Source: an uncultured Gammaproteobacteria bacterium
Lineage (GTDB): Bacteria; Patescibacteriota; Patescibacteriia; UBA9934
Direction of reading: 5' to 3'
DNA length: 64,000 bases
Assembly: GCA_964569575.1 (NCBI GenBank)
Contig: CAZMTL010000004.1
Coordinates: 8,959-72,958 of the forward strand
This document shows positions 11,952 through 22,648 of the stretch, piece after piece (position 1 is the stretch's first letter; every line of letters starts with the position of its first letter). A program made the translations under genes and the position numbers. Below the pieces are notes generated by a model that had not been told where the DNA came from, did no database searches, and worked only from the letters and a program-made list of their open reading frames with translations.

Positions 11952-13652
11952 TTATTCACTCAAACGTATATCTTCTATTTTACACTGCAATTCCTTTTTC
12001 CCATTCCATTCATTCACCCCAACGTCGAACACAATATCGACCTCGGTGTCTTTTTGTAACATGCCCGCCCAGTCCCCTAAACGAAATCCGATCATCTTCA
12101 TAATATCACCCACACCGGAATGCACCGAAAGACGCAAGTGTTTACCTTCTGCACCAATCGCATCCGCCGCAATCACAAGGGCTTTCTTTACCACAAACAA
12201 CGGCCTACGATTTCCTTCACCAAAGGGTTCAAATTTTGTAAGCAGGTTATAAAAATCCCAATTGATCTCGCCAAGTGCTACTTCACACTCGACCGTAAGG
12301 GTTCGTTGAAGCTGACGATTCTGAAAGAACTCCCGAGCAAACAACGAAACACGCTCTTCGAACACCTTTAACAAATCAAGACTCGCTATACTCACGCCGC
12401 ACGCCTGAGGGTGTCCACCGGCCTTAATAAAAATATCTCCGCACGATTTCATCGCCTCAACCAAGTGCAGACCCCCAACACTTCGCCCCGAACCAACATA
12501 GTGTTCACCAACTTTCGTAAAGACAAATGCAGGTACACCAAACTCGCTCACAATTTTCCCAGCCACCAAACCAACCACTCCGTGCAGCCAATCTTCATTC
12601 CAAATCACTTGAACAAATCCATTATTCTTCTGACGAGCTATGGCGGCCGCCTGCTGAAAAACCAAATCCGAAATTTTCTGTCGCTCTCTATTTAACTGTT
12701 CGAGCTCGGCAGCTCCTACCATCGCTGCAGCTTCATCTGTCGCAGCAAGCACTTCAAATGCCTTCATAGGTGAAGCGATCCGCCCAGCTGCATTAATTCG
12801 AGGACCAAGCTGAAATCCGATCGTCTCCGTGTCAATCTGTCCCATTTCGCCTCGAGCAAAATCCATAATCTTCCGAATGCCATGCCGTCGCGTTTTATTC
12901 AACACAAGCAAACCAAATTTCTCCAACACACGATTCTCACCCTTCAAGGGAACAACATCCGTTACGGTTGCGATTGCCACCAAATCCAAAAACCACTTCT
13001 CATACCCATCCGGAAATCGAGCGCCCCGTACAGCCGCCTCACGAATAAACGCACTCGCAAACTTAAACGCCACTCCCGTTCCACACAAATGCTTATTCGG
13101 ATACACCTCCCCCGGAACCAACGGATGAATAATCAACACATCTTGCGGCAACTTCTCTCCCAATTGGTGATGATCACACACAATCACATCCATGCCTAAT
13201 TCCTTGGCACGCCCAAGCGAAACATCATTCGAAATCCCACAATCCACCGTTACAATCAATCGAATACCCTCTTCCGCAAACCGCTCAATCGTATGAACCG
13301 CCACACCGTATCCATCCCGCTCACGATCGGGTAAAAAAACCGACACACGCGAGAAATCGTAATCCAATTGATCACACACATCTCTTAAAGCCGTGTACAA
13401 CAATGTTGATCCACTAATTCCATCCGCATCATAGTCTCCGTGAATCCGAATCATTTCACCCCGCTCAAGCGCCTGAAACAACCGATCAACTGCCGAACGC
13501 ATCTGCGTAAACAAAAAAGGATCATGTGTGCCATGCTCCCAATTTGGATTCAAAAATGCCTCTACTTCATCAACCAAAATCCCTCGGTTTCGTAATAGTA
13601 CGTCCGCAACAGATTCTTCTTTTCGCTCGCCAATATTCCACAAAAACGACAT
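11952..13652 (-). CDS. recJ: single-stranded-DNA-specific exonuclease RecJ
   Basis: DHH motifs (GDYDADGISGS, DHH) plus a DHHA1 domain. Confidence 0.9.
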   Translation of the reverse strand: MSFLWNIGERKEESVADVLLRNRGILVDEVEAFLNPNWEHGTHDPFLFTQMRSAVDRLFQALERGEMIRIHGDYDADGISGSTLLYTALRDVCDQLDYDFSRVSVFLPDRERDGYGVAVHTIERFAEEGIRLIVTVDCGISNDVSLGRAKELGMDVIVCDHHQLGEKLPQDVLIIHPLVPGEVYPNKHLCGTGVAFKFASAFIREAAVRGARFPDGYEKWFLDLVAIATVTDVVPLKGENRVLEKFGLLVLNKTRRHGIRKIMDFARGEMGQIDTETIGFQLGPRINAAGRIASPMKAFEVLAATDEAAAMVGAAELEQLNRERQKISDLVFQQAAAIARQKNNGFVQVIWNEDWLHGVVGLVAGKIVSEFGVPAFVFTKVGEHYVGSGRSVGGLHLVEAMKSCGDIFIKAGGHPQACGVSIASLDLLKVFEERVSLFAREFFQNRQLQRTLTVECEVALGEINWDFYNLLTKFEPFGEGNRRPLFVVKKALVIAADAIGAEGKHLRLSVHSGVGDIMKMIGFRLGDWAGMLQKDTEVDIVFDVGVNEWNGKKELQCKIEDIRLSE

Positions 13653-13696
13653 GACATGATCTTAACATGCCCACGCCCGATCCTTAAGTGGATAAA

Positions 13697-15499
13697 CTAA
13701 CGCTTCAATACCTTCATGTACGCCTCGCTCGGAATCTTTACTTTTCCAACACCCATTTCCATCATTTTCTTCTTTCCTTTCTTCTGTTTGTCGAGCAATT
13801 TTCGTTTTCGTGTCACATCTCCTCCGTACAATTTTGCTGTCACATCTTTTCGAAGAGCCGAAATACGTTCTCCTGCAACAACCTTTCCACCAATCGTTGC
13901 CTGAAGTTTGATGACGAACTGCTGTTTTGGAATCGTTTCTTGAAGCGACTTCAAAATCTTTCGCCCAGTCTTTTCAGCCTCTTCGCGATACACAAACGTC
14001 GAAAGCGCTTCTACCATATCGTCGGCTACCATAATATCGAGCCGCACAACATCCGCCTCCCGATAATCTGTCACTTCATAGTTCATCGACGCGTACCCGC
14101 TCGTTACACTCTTCAACTTATCGTAAAAATCCACAATCACGCTTGCGAGTGGAATTTCGTAACGCAAAATCGCACGATCTTTGGAAAGAAATTCAGTCGT
14201 TGTATAAATCCCGGATCGCTCCTGAACAAACGTCATAATGGACCCAATATGTTCTGGCGGGCTAATAATATCAATTTTACACCAAGGTTCTTCGATATGA
14301 TCAACCAAAGACATGTCCGGCAAATCCAACGCTGTTCGAATCACCTCAGGCTCTGTCTTCCCATTTCGAAACACCTTGTACGCAACCGACGGAACCGTCA
14401 CAACAAGCTGAATATCAAATTCCCGCTCTAGTCGTTCTTTCAAAATCTCTAAATGCAGCATTCCTAAAAATCCTACTCGGAATCCGTACCCAAGCGCCGG
14501 TGAATGCTCAGGTTCAAACACAAGTGCTGCATCATTCAACTTCAAACGATCCATCGCATCTCGCAAGTTCGAATATTGATCCCCTTCCGCAGGAAAAATA
14601 CCAGCAAACACCATCGGCACCACTTCACGATACCCCGGCAAAGACTTCGCTTCGGTCGCTCCCGCCAAGGTCATTGTGTCACCCACGCGACAAGCAGAAA
14701 TATCTTTAAATCCTGTCACAACATACCCGATCTGACCCGTTTCTAATTCATCGAGCTCAAAAAACTTCGGTGCCAACGAACCAACTTCCAAAATTTCACT
14801 CTGCGCCTTTGAAGCAATCATCCGCAAAAGGTCACGCTTTTTCAACCGCCCGTCGAACACACGAACATACGCAACAACACCTTTATAGTCGTCGTAATAG
14901 GAATCAAACACCATCGCGCGCGGCGAAGTCACATCCGTCCCCTTTGGACACGAAATACGATCAATCACCGCATCAAGCAACGCAGGAACGCCATCGCCCG
15001 TCTTTCCAGAAACTGCCAATACTTCTTCCGGCTTACATCCAAGCAATGTCACCAATTCTTCCTTTCGAGCCGGAATATCTGCTGCAGGCAAATCAATTTT
15101 GTTCAATACAGGAATGATTTCCAAATCTTGATCAACCGCCAAATACAAATTAGCAATCGTCTGCGCCTGCACACCCTGAGTCGCATCCACCAAAAGAATA
15201 GCCCCTTCCACCGCAGCGAGCGAGCGCGAAACTTCGTAATTAAAATCGACGTGACCAGGAGTATCGATCAAGTTCAAGGTAAATTCCTTCCCGTCCTTCA
15301 CATGCTTCATGCGAACAGGAGCAAGCTTGATGGTAATTCCACGCTCTCGTTCGATATCCATCGAATCAAGCATCTGAGCCTTCATTTTGCGAGAATCAAC
15401 TGTCTTGGTTACTTCCAACAAACGATCTGCTAACGTTGATTTTCCATGATCAATGTGCGCGATAATACAAAAATTTCGAATCCGATCTTGAGGCGTCAT
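13697..15499 (-). CDS. lepA: elongation factor 4 (LepA)
   Basis: GTPase motifs (AHIDHGKST) and overall LepA architecture including the distinctive C-terminal domain. Confidence 0.95.
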   Translation of the reverse strand: MTPQDRIRNFCIIAHIDHGKSTLADRLLEVTKTVDSRKMKAQMLDSMDIERERGITIKLAPVRMKHVKDGKEFTLNLIDTPGHVDFNYEVSRSLAAVEGAILLVDATQGVQAQTIANLYLAVDQDLEIIPVLNKIDLPAADIPARKEELVTLLGCKPEEVLAVSGKTGDGVPALLDAVIDRISCPKGTDVTSPRAMVFDSYYDDYKGVVAYVRVFDGRLKKRDLLRMIASKAQSEILEVGSLAPKFFELDELETGQIGYVVTGFKDISACRVGDTMTLAGATEAKSLPGYREVVPMVFAGIFPAEGDQYSNLRDAMDRLKLNDAALVFEPEHSPALGYGFRVGFLGMLHLEILKERLEREFDIQLVVTVPSVAYKVFRNGKTEPEVIRTALDLPDMSLVDHIEEPWCKIDIISPPEHIGSIMTFVQERSGIYTTTEFLSKDRAILRYEIPLASVIVDFYDKLKSVTSGYASMNYEVTDYREADVVRLDIMVADDMVEALSTFVYREEAEKTGRKILKSLQETIPKQQFVIKLQATIGGKVVAGERISALRKDVTAKLYGGDVTRKRKLLDKQKKGKKKMMEMGVGKVKIPSEAYMKVLKR

Positions 15500-15541
15500 A
15501 ATGCAAAGAATATAGCTGAAAACAGAAAAACTGTCGAATAC

Positions 15542-16612
15542 CTAAACACTGATAACTCCGCTACCAATCAGCTCATCACCAACATAAAACACCACGAATT
15601 GCCCAGGAGCAACAGCTCGCTGCGGTGCAGTAAAACTCACACGCAACCGATCTCCATCACGAACAAAACGACATTCTTGCAAAGGCTGTCTATACCGAAT
15701 ACGTGCAAAGATTGTCTCGCCTTCATAACGAGCAAAATGCCCTTCAACCGTTTCGGACAACTCTTCAGCAACTAAATCAGCTTTAAATAACGCCGGATCA
15801 TCTTCGCCTACAGCCACCACAATCTCGTTTGTCTCCGGCCGTCGTTCAACAATAAAATACGGAATTCCGCCACCAATTCCCAAACCAGTTCGTTGACCAA
15901 TCGTATAATACGCATGCCCCTTATGCTTCCCCAAAACTTCACCAGAAGTAGTAACAATATTGCCTTCCTGTTCACTAATCTTTTCCTTCAAAAACTCGCG
16001 CATCTGCACCTTGCCAACAAAACAAATACCCTGACTATCTTTTTTGTTCGCCACTTCCAGCCCGTGCATTTTCGCAATCTCACGAACCTTATTTTTCTCC
16101 AAATCACCGATAGGAAACAATACGCGGCTTAACTGAACTTGGCTTAACTGACACAAAAAATACGACTGATCTTTATTTGCATCTACTCCAGAAAGCAAAT
16201 GAGAAATAGCGTGTTCATCAACCGTTTTCCGAGCATAGTGCCCTGTCGCTACAAAATCACAATTCAAACGATCCGCTTCCTTCATCAAATACCCAAACTT
16301 CATATACTTATTACAAAGTACATCCGGATTAGGTGTTCGACCCGCTCGATATTCACGAATCATGTAATCGTACACCTCCGCCCGATACTGGTCTTCAAAA
16401 TCAAACGTATAAAACTCAATCCCCAACCGAGCCGCCACGCGTTGCGCATCGCGACGTTCAACCCGCCAAGAACACTCCTCGCCCTCATTTCCATCACTCC
16501 AATTCTTCATAAACGCCCCAATCACCTCGTATCCCTGCTCCAAAAGCAAAACCGCCGCAACGCTCGAATCAACGCCACCGCTCATACCAAGTAATACTTT
16601 TTGCTTCTTCAT
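15542..16612 (-). CDS. mnmA: tRNA-specific 2-thiouridylase MnmA
   Basis: PP-loop SGGVDSS, of MnmA length, with conserved Cys. Confidence 0.95.
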   Translation of the reverse strand: MKKQKVLLGMSGGVDSSVAAVLLLEQGYEVIGAFMKNWSDGNEGEECSWRVERRDAQRVAARLGIEFYTFDFEDQYRAEVYDYMIREYRAGRTPNPDVLCNKYMKFGYLMKEADRLNCDFVATGHYARKTVDEHAISHLLSGVDANKDQSYFLCQLSQVQLSRVLFPIGDLEKNKVREIAKMHGLEVANKKDSQGICFVGKVQMREFLKEKISEQEGNIVTTSGEVLGKHKGHAYYTIGQRTGLGIGGGIPYFIVERRPETNEIVVAVGEDDPALFKADLVAEELSETVEGHFARYEGETIFARIRYRQPLQECRFVRDGDRLRVSFTAPQRAVAPGQFVVFYVGDELIGSGVISV

Positions 16613-16684
16613 TTCCATAACGCTTCATACTACCAAATAAACCCAATAAATCAAGAAACGAGCCTTTCGACTCGTTTCATTCGA

Positions 16685-17755
16685 CTAGCCACCAAATTTA
16701 CCAGACCCAGCTTTTGCAATCCTCTTCGCATTTGCCTGCGCCCGTTCACGAGCACTAGCAGGCTTACCACTACGAGCCGAAGGCTCTTCAGGTAACGTAT
16801 CAGCGTTCATATCAAAATGTAATTCAACCTGATTTACCAAACCTTCTAGCTGCGAAGCCCTCTTCTCCAATAGTGATAGCTGTAATTGAGCACTGTTTAA
16901 TTCACGACCAGGAAAAACACGTTTCCACATGCGTTTCATCATGCCTCCTCGTAAATCATCCATTTGCGCACGCAAGTTATCCGCATCCGCTTCTAAAAGA
17001 GGGAGCTTACGAACTGCATCGGCATAAGCTTCGTACGAAATCCCAGTAGCGGCCTCTATGCCCTGCGAAATAAACTGATCTTCATACACATCTACTTCAT
17101 CAACAGTTAATTTACTTTCATCTTCAACTTCATCCAAAGCTCCTGCCTCTACACCAGCAAAATCTCCTGCCCCGAATTCGGGATCCATCTCAACCTTTTT
17201 TGCCTTCACGCCTTCAAGTTCTTCTGATTCAATATTGTTAAAATCATCTTTCTCAAAACCTTGAACTACCTCTTCCTCAGCCAAATCATCATCCTCCTCT
17301 TCATCATCATCTTCCTCTTCCTTATCAGAATCAAAATCATCTTCTTGATCAACGTCATCCAGATCATCTTCATCAAAAAGCGGACCCTCGGTACCAGCAT
17401 CTTCTCCTAATCTCTTTGAGCTCAATTCACCCAAAGCATAAATTGCTAATTCGTGCAGGTCAGCTTCGTCAGGATCTTCCGAATCCGCTAAGTCTTTTTC
17501 AAAATCTGACAACAAACGTCCCGCCAAAGCCGAATCCTCATCATCAAGTGCACTCACATTAAAATCGCGTTGCAAAAGCTCGACGATTCTAACAAGAACT
17601 TCCTGATCCAAATGCTCATCTTCTTCCAAACCATCCGTCAGCGACAAATCGCCCTTCTCTAATGATTTTATAATTTTCTTAAAATCAGAATCTTCCCACG
17701 TCACCTGTTTAACAGCTTCCGCCTCAGGATTAAAACCTCGTACTTCCTTCACCAT
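16685..17755 (-). CDS. hyper-acidic low-complexity hypothetical protein
   Basis: A 356-aa ORF in a coherent gene slot with long Asp/Glu runs (DKEEEDDDEEEDDDLAEEE) and a basic C-terminal tail. Confidence 0.6.
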   Translation of the reverse strand: MVKEVRGFNPEAEAVKQVTWEDSDFKKIIKSLEKGDLSLTDGLEEDEHLDQEVLVRIVELLQRDFNVSALDDEDSALAGRLLSDFEKDLADSEDPDEADLHELAIYALGELSSKRLGEDAGTEGPLFDEDDLDDVDQEDDFDSDKEEEDDDEEEDDDLAEEEVVQGFEKDDFNNIESEELEGVKAKKVEMDPEFGAGDFAGVEAGALDEVEDESKLTVDEVDVYEDQFISQGIEAATGISYEAYADAVRKLPLLEADADNLRAQMDDLRGGMMKRMWKRVFPGRELNSAQLQLSLLEKRASQLEGLVNQVELHFDMNADTLPEEPSARSGKPASARERAQANAKRIAKAGSGKFGG

Positions 17756-17850
17756 AACAAAGTAGATTATGAACTTATTATTACACCCATTTTACTACGT
17801 TCGAAGAGAAATGACCCTGTGAATAAAGTTTTGCGAAATACACAGCTCGC

Positions 17851-17879
17851 TTGACAGGGGTACAAAATCATGATATAGT
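17851..17879 (+). promoter_or_regulatory. sigma70-like promoter (TTGACA-17-TATAGT)
   Basis: Consensus -35 and near-consensus -10 with a 17-nt spacer, about 55 nt upstream of the RRM gene. Confidence 0.5.
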
Positions 17880-17934
17880 ACTGACGTTTCTCTTGTTCAT
17901 GTAATAAGAGGAAAGTTAATTTATATTCTCTGAT

Positions 17935-18192
17935 ATGCAGAACAAGTTATTTGTTGGTAACTTGCCATGGGCTGTAGATAGCGAAAAACTTCGCGACATC
18001 TTCACAGCTTACGGTGAGATCACTGACGCAGTTGTTCTTTCAGACAAATTCACTGGGCGAAGCCGAGGATTTGGATTCGTAGAATTCAAAACTGACGCTG
18101 AAGCAGCAGCAGCTGTAGACGCACTAGATGGAAGCAACCTTGAAGGTCGCGACATCGTAGTAAACGTCGCTCGTGAAAAGACTGAAAGATAA
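17935..18192 (+). CDS. RRM-domain RNA-binding protein
   Basis: RNP2 (LFVGNL) and RNP1 (RGFGFVEF) motifs. Confidence 0.85.
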   Translation: MQNKLFVGNLPWAVDSEKLRDIFTAYGEITDAVVLSDKFTGRSRGFGFVEFKTDAEAAAAVDALDGSNLEGRDIVVNVAREKTER

Positions 18193-18195
18193 GTA

Positions 18196-18224
18196 AAAAG
18201 CCGCCTCCGGGCGGCTTTTTGTTT
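18196..18224 (+). terminator. intrinsic terminator
   Basis: AAAAAGCCGCC-TCCG-GGCGGCTTTTTGTTTT. Confidence 0.7.
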
Positions 18225-18288
18225 TACACAATACACAGGCACCAAAATTGACGACGCAAAAAAAATCACGTATATTCTTGGCACCCAT

Positions 18289-18362
18289 TCCCGGATCGTC
18301 TAAAGGCAGGACTCCAGTTTCTGGCACTGGCAATCGGGGTTCGAATCCCTGTCCGGGAACCA
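18289..18362 (+). tRNA. tRNA-Gln(CUG)
   Basis: Cloverleaf folded by hand: acceptor UCCCGGA/UCCGGGA, D arm, anticodon stem CCAGU/ACUGG with loop UUCUGGC (anticodon CUG), T arm GGGGUUCGAAUCCCU, and an encoded CCA. Confidence 0.85.
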
Positions 18363-18363
18363 G

Positions 18364-18391
18364 AAAAACTTCACCATTAGGTGGAGTTTTT
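18364..18391. terminator. hairpin terminator between tRNA and dnaX
   Basis: AAAAACTTCACC-ATTA-GGTGGAGTTTTT. Confidence 0.45.
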
Positions 18392-18428
18392 CTTATATTC
18401 AACAAATTCAAACTTGATCCTGTCAAAC

Positions 18429-20039
18429 CTACTCCATCACCTTTCCACCAAACGCCTCCACAAGTGTTCCGAGCGTCCTTTCTTGTTCCTCATGCATAAA
18501 CACGGGCTTGATCGTAATAGCACTCTGCATCACTTCGTTGATCGCCTCGTTCACAATCGTCATGTTCTTATGTTCCGAAAGTGCATCAAAATGAAGTCGG
18601 AACGACAAGCCGATTTTCAATACGCCGTCAGCGCATTCAATCAATTCAGCCTGTTGCAAAGCGAGCGGAATAGCGATACTTCGCTTTTTTACCAAATCAC
18701 AACAACGCTTCCATTTCGAACGTATCTCCTGAACATCAAACGAAGTCCGACGCTCGACAACAACAGGATCAACAGCTGCCACAGGCGTAGCAACATCAAC
18801 AACGGACTCAGGAACAACATCTGGTACAACCGCTTCAACAACAGGCGGCGCAACACTCTCAGGCGCTGTCGATCGATGCTCTACTGGTGTATACGAATCG
18901 TGTTCAATCTTTTTTTTTGAGTCATGCTGATCAACAGGCAGAACAGGTTCTGCTGATTTTTGCAAAATAAACTTCGTTAACACAATCTCCAAACCAAGTT
19001 GCGGAAGCGCTTCAGGAATAGACTTTTTTCGCATATCTACCAACATATCCAACAATTCCGCCACACGCCGTGAAGACAACTTCGTTGCCCATGCACTAAA
19101 TGAATCAACGAACAACGGATCAACTTGCGCCGTTGAAAAATCCAACGAAAATAGCAGCAACGAACGCAGAACGTCCAACAATTCATCACTTAAATGTTTT
19201 ACCGAACCACCTTGATCAATAAATGTGTTCAGCAAACGAACCGCTCTCGACAAATCATCTTGAAAGGTAGCAATCAATAAATCCTTCACCACAAGCGAAT
19301 TTGTAGCAGGTAATACAAGCGAGGCTGTTTTTGCGCTCACATGACCCTCCCCTAATGCAAGCACCTGTCCAAGCAAACTCTCTCCATCACGCAAACACCC
19401 TTCCGAAAGTCGAGCAATCTGAGACAGCACCTCCGCATCGACAACAACATTTTCTTGCTTCGCAATACCTAGTAATCGATCCACCATTTCCGCCGGTGGA
19501 ATACGGTGAAAATCAAAACGCTGACAACGAGAGATAATCGTCGCTGGAATCTTATGCAATTCGGTTGTAGCCAGTACAAACACCACGTGCGCTGGCGGTT
19601 CTTCGATCGTCTTTAACAGCGCGTTAAATGAAGATGTAGAAAGCATGTGCACTTCATCGATAACAAACACCTTATACTTCCCTTTCGACGGCGAAAATCG
19701 TCCTGCCTCGATAATATTCTCGCGTACATTATCCACACCCGTCTGCGAAGCAGCATCAATTTCGATCACATCAAGTGCCCTGCCCTTATTCATCTCTGTA
19801 CAGTTATCACAGGCGTTACAAGGCTCCGAACCCTCCGCCAAGGGCTGAACGCAGTTCAACGTCTTCGCGAGCAATCGAGCAATGGTCGTCTTTCCTACTC
19901 CACGAGGACCCGAAAACAGGTACGCATGAGCCGTAGAACTCGACTTCAACTGATTCTGAATGGTCTGCTTTACATGCCCCTGTTCGGTCACGTCCGCAAA
20001 GGTCATTGGTCGATATTTTCGATAGAGTGCTTCTGCCAT
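18429..20039 (-). CDS. dnaX: DNA polymerase III subunit gamma/tau
   Basis: AAA+ clamp-loader N-terminus (GPRGVGKTT, Zn module CNACDNC). Confidence 0.9.
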   Translation of the reverse strand: MAEALYRKYRPMTFADVTEQGHVKQTIQNQLKSSSTAHAYLFSGPRGVGKTTIARLLAKTLNCVQPLAEGSEPCNACDNCTEMNKGRALDVIEIDAASQTGVDNVRENIIEAGRFSPSKGKYKVFVIDEVHMLSTSSFNALLKTIEEPPAHVVFVLATTELHKIPATIISRCQRFDFHRIPPAEMVDRLLGIAKQENVVVDAEVLSQIARLSEGCLRDGESLLGQVLALGEGHVSAKTASLVLPATNSLVVKDLLIATFQDDLSRAVRLLNTFIDQGGSVKHLSDELLDVLRSLLLFSLDFSTAQVDPLFVDSFSAWATKLSSRRVAELLDMLVDMRKKSIPEALPQLGLEIVLTKFILQKSAEPVLPVDQHDSKKKIEHDSYTPVEHRSTAPESVAPPVVEAVVPDVVPESVVDVATPVAAVDPVVVERRTSFDVQEIRSKWKRCCDLVKKRSIAIPLALQQAELIECADGVLKIGLSFRLHFDALSEHKNMTIVNEAINEVMQSAITIKPVFMHEEQERTLGTLVEAFGGKVME

Positions 20040-20080
20040 AGTGCTCCGATTTTAGCAGGAAATAGGGAGGAAGAAAAGCA

Positions 20081-20107
20081 TCGCAAAAAGCACCCGAAGG
20101 TGCTTTA
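20081..20107 (-). terminator. intrinsic terminator after the VirD4-like gene
   Basis: AAGCACC-CGAA-GGTGCTT followed by a T-run on the minus strand. It overlaps the stop codon. Confidence 0.5.
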
Positions 20108-22645
20108 AAGCGTTCGCGGATCCGGCTGTTGAGCTACCGGTTTTTTCAATCCAATTCCCGCTCGTAACATAATATCTTTTTCCACAATCGCCTTCGGTCG
20201 GCCATATTCAAGGCGCGAAATCTCTTTCAACGCATCCGCCAGCTGCGGATTTGGCTTCTCGGGCGATTCTGCCTTAAGCGTAAACGGCTTCGCCTGCGCA
20301 TTATCGATAATCATCTTGGCATTCCAAGTAAACTTATCAGTATTCTGCAAATCGTAGCCAGTAAACGTCGGCTCGAACACCTTCGAAAGAATATCGGTGT
20401 CTTCCGGTCCAACGCGCGCCACGAACATATTTCCAACGTTTCCTAACACTGCGTCTCTAATCTCGGTCTTTCCACCATCTTGAACCAATTGCCCCATGTA
20501 CTGGTGAGCTAATACAAGATTTAACTTATACTTTCGAGCTTCGGAAAGGATCGTTGCAATAGAAGGAGTAATAAAGTTTTGGAACTCGTCGATATACAAG
20601 TAAAAATCTTTTCGCTGATCTTCCGGAATATCCGCTCGAGTAAATGCTGCCATCTGCAATTTTGACACAAGAATCAATCCCAGCAAATTCGCGTTCACAT
20701 CTCCAGTTTTTCCTTTTGCCAGGTTCACCAACAAAATCTTGCCTTCATCCATAATTTTACGAAAATCGAACGAAGAACGCTGCTGTCCGATAATATTTCG
20801 CATCATTTCGTTTTCAACGAATCGCCCCACTTTCGAAGTAAGATACCCCATCATTTCCGACTTGTGATAATCGCTGGTGTTATCCATTTCATCTTCCCAG
20901 AACGATCGCACGACAGGATCTTTAATCTTCGCTCGCCATCGTTGCTGAAAATCCTTATCCGCAACCATACGCGGAATCTCCACAATCGTTCCCGGGTCAC
21001 TTAAATCCGACATCAACGTCAACATGTAGTTTCGCATTTGATGTTCAAACATCGGCCCAATCATTTCGGGCGGGAACAACATGTAAAAAATCGAAATCAT
21101 TTCCTGCACCGCAAAATCGCGCATGTTTTCGTTTGGCGCATCCAACATATTTAACCCCATCGGACGATCCATATCCGAAGGATTAAAGTAAATAACATCA
21201 TCAATTCGGTGTTTTGGAATCGTTCCCAAAATGTCATCAACCAAATCTCCATGCGGATCAATAACCGCAATTCCCTTTCCATTCTGAATATCCTGATTCG
21301 CCATGTAGCGCAAAAAGTATGATTTTCCAGAACCAGTTTTACCGATAATATAGCTATGCCGTCGGCGATCCGCGTCCGTCATAAAAATGTCGGTTCGACG
21401 TCCACGGTACATATTGTACCCAACGTGCAAACCAGACGTAGGCACGCCTGTAGGTGCTGGAGCCGTTCGAGCCTCCATCCATCGAATATTCGGAGTCTCG
21501 GTCGTCGCAAGCGGCAAATGCCACAAGCTCGCCATTTCTTCCGTATTCAAAATCATTTTATACTTTGAATCAAACTGACGGAAAATAAACGCATTAATCA
21601 AACGCGTCTTACGTGGAAGTTCCTTCGAAAATGAATTTCCAAACTCATAAATATTAAATTGTCCGTACGCCTGCAAAATATTGTTCAAATTCGCCTGTGC
21701 TGTCTGAGCAGTAATCCCCGAACACACAATACGCACATTCACCTCCATCGCCGCCTTACTTAACTTCCCTTCAATTCCCTGCAACATCTTGTCCTCGGCC
21801 TGGGACAATCGTTTTTCGGCCTGTTGAGCCTTCAACTTGTCCTGCGAATCCTTCGACGTCACCATTTTGGTCCATCCATCTCCACCCTTCTTCGCTTCTT
21901 CAAACGAAAGACCTTTCTGCATATTCTTCACCACTCGGCGACCCATCGCGCGCCAACCATTACTCACCGGACGAATCATATACTGAATCGCCGCCCCTTC
22001 GCCTGCAGGCACCTTCGAAATAGCGTTCGTGATTCCGTTCAATGGATCCGAATCAAGCTCCTTATACGTCTTAATCGGCAAAAAATTCTCGCGTTTCAAC
22101 TTCAAATACGCCCCAACAATCACCCCTTTTGGTGAAAACATGTTGTAATCCTCGATATGCTCAAACGCGGCATTTGGATACTGAGCATGCATCTGCTGCT
22201 CCATAAATTCCCTCATATACGAAGGAACCGTCATGTAAAACGTAATCAAATGATTGTGCGCAACAATTTCGAGCGCTAACTGATCTTGCCGCCCACGCCA
22301 CCAAGCACCAAACCCACCCTGCGGCTTCTGTCCGCCAATAGCAGAATAAAATGTCTCCGCAATCGCGATCGTCTCCTGTGTATCTGCCAAACGCTCAACG
22401 CCCTTCACGTCATCTTCTGTCTGAAATTTCGGCACCGTTACCATCAATGTAATCGGTTTGTACGCCCCTTCTCCAAGAATATTTTTCTTCTGCGCGTTCG
22501 AACGAAGCAAAAAGACAATAAATACCGTCAATAAAATGAAGCCCAGAACAAACAACGCCAACATAATCACATCGCTCTGCAATGAAGCCTGCGGCAATGT
22601 GCCATTACTTACCAATAGTGACGTCTGCAATAATCCTCCTAACAT
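20105..22645 (-). CDS. VirD4/TraG/TraD-like coupling-protein-family ATPase with N-terminal TM segment
   Basis: Walker A GKTGSGKS, IAVIDPHGDL and a Walker B region typical of T4SS coupling proteins (HerA/FtsK superfamily). Confidence 0.65.
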   Translation of the reverse strand: MLGGLLQTSLLVSNGTLPQASLQSDVIMLALFVLGFILLTVFIVFLLRSNAQKKNILGEGAYKPITLMVTVPKFQTEDDVKGVERLADTQETIAIAETFYSAIGGQKPQGGFGAWWRGRQDQLALEIVAHNHLITFYMTVPSYMREFMEQQMHAQYPNAAFEHIEDYNMFSPKGVIVGAYLKLKRENFLPIKTYKELDSDPLNGITNAISKVPAGEGAAIQYMIRPVSNGWRAMGRRVVKNMQKGLSFEEAKKGGDGWTKMVTSKDSQDKLKAQQAEKRLSQAEDKMLQGIEGKLSKAAMEVNVRIVCSGITAQTAQANLNNILQAYGQFNIYEFGNSFSKELPRKTRLINAFIFRQFDSKYKMILNTEEMASLWHLPLATTETPNIRWMEARTAPAPTGVPTSGLHVGYNMYRGRRTDIFMTDADRRRHSYIIGKTGSGKSYFLRYMANQDIQNGKGIAVIDPHGDLVDDILGTIPKHRIDDVIYFNPSDMDRPMGLNMLDAPNENMRDFAVQEMISIFYMLFPPEMIGPMFEHQMRNYMLTLMSDLSDPGTIVEIPRMVADKDFQQRWRAKIKDPVVRSFWEDEMDNTSDYHKSEMMGYLTSKVGRFVENEMMRNIIGQQRSSFDFRKIMDEGKILLVNLAKGKTGDVNANLLGLILVSKLQMAAFTRADIPEDQRKDFYLYIDEFQNFITPSIATILSEARKYKLNLVLAHQYMGQLVQDGGKTEIRDAVLGNVGNMFVARVGPEDTDILSKVFEPTFTGYDLQNTDKFTWNAKMIIDNAQAKPFTLKAESPEKPNPQLADALKEISRLEYGRPKAIVEKDIMLRAGIGLKKPVAQQPDPRTL

Positions 22646-22648
22646 ACA

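Noticed and set aside
13688-14431. 247-aa antisense ORF inside lepA
   Set aside because: Antisense to a conserved gene, with no motifs.
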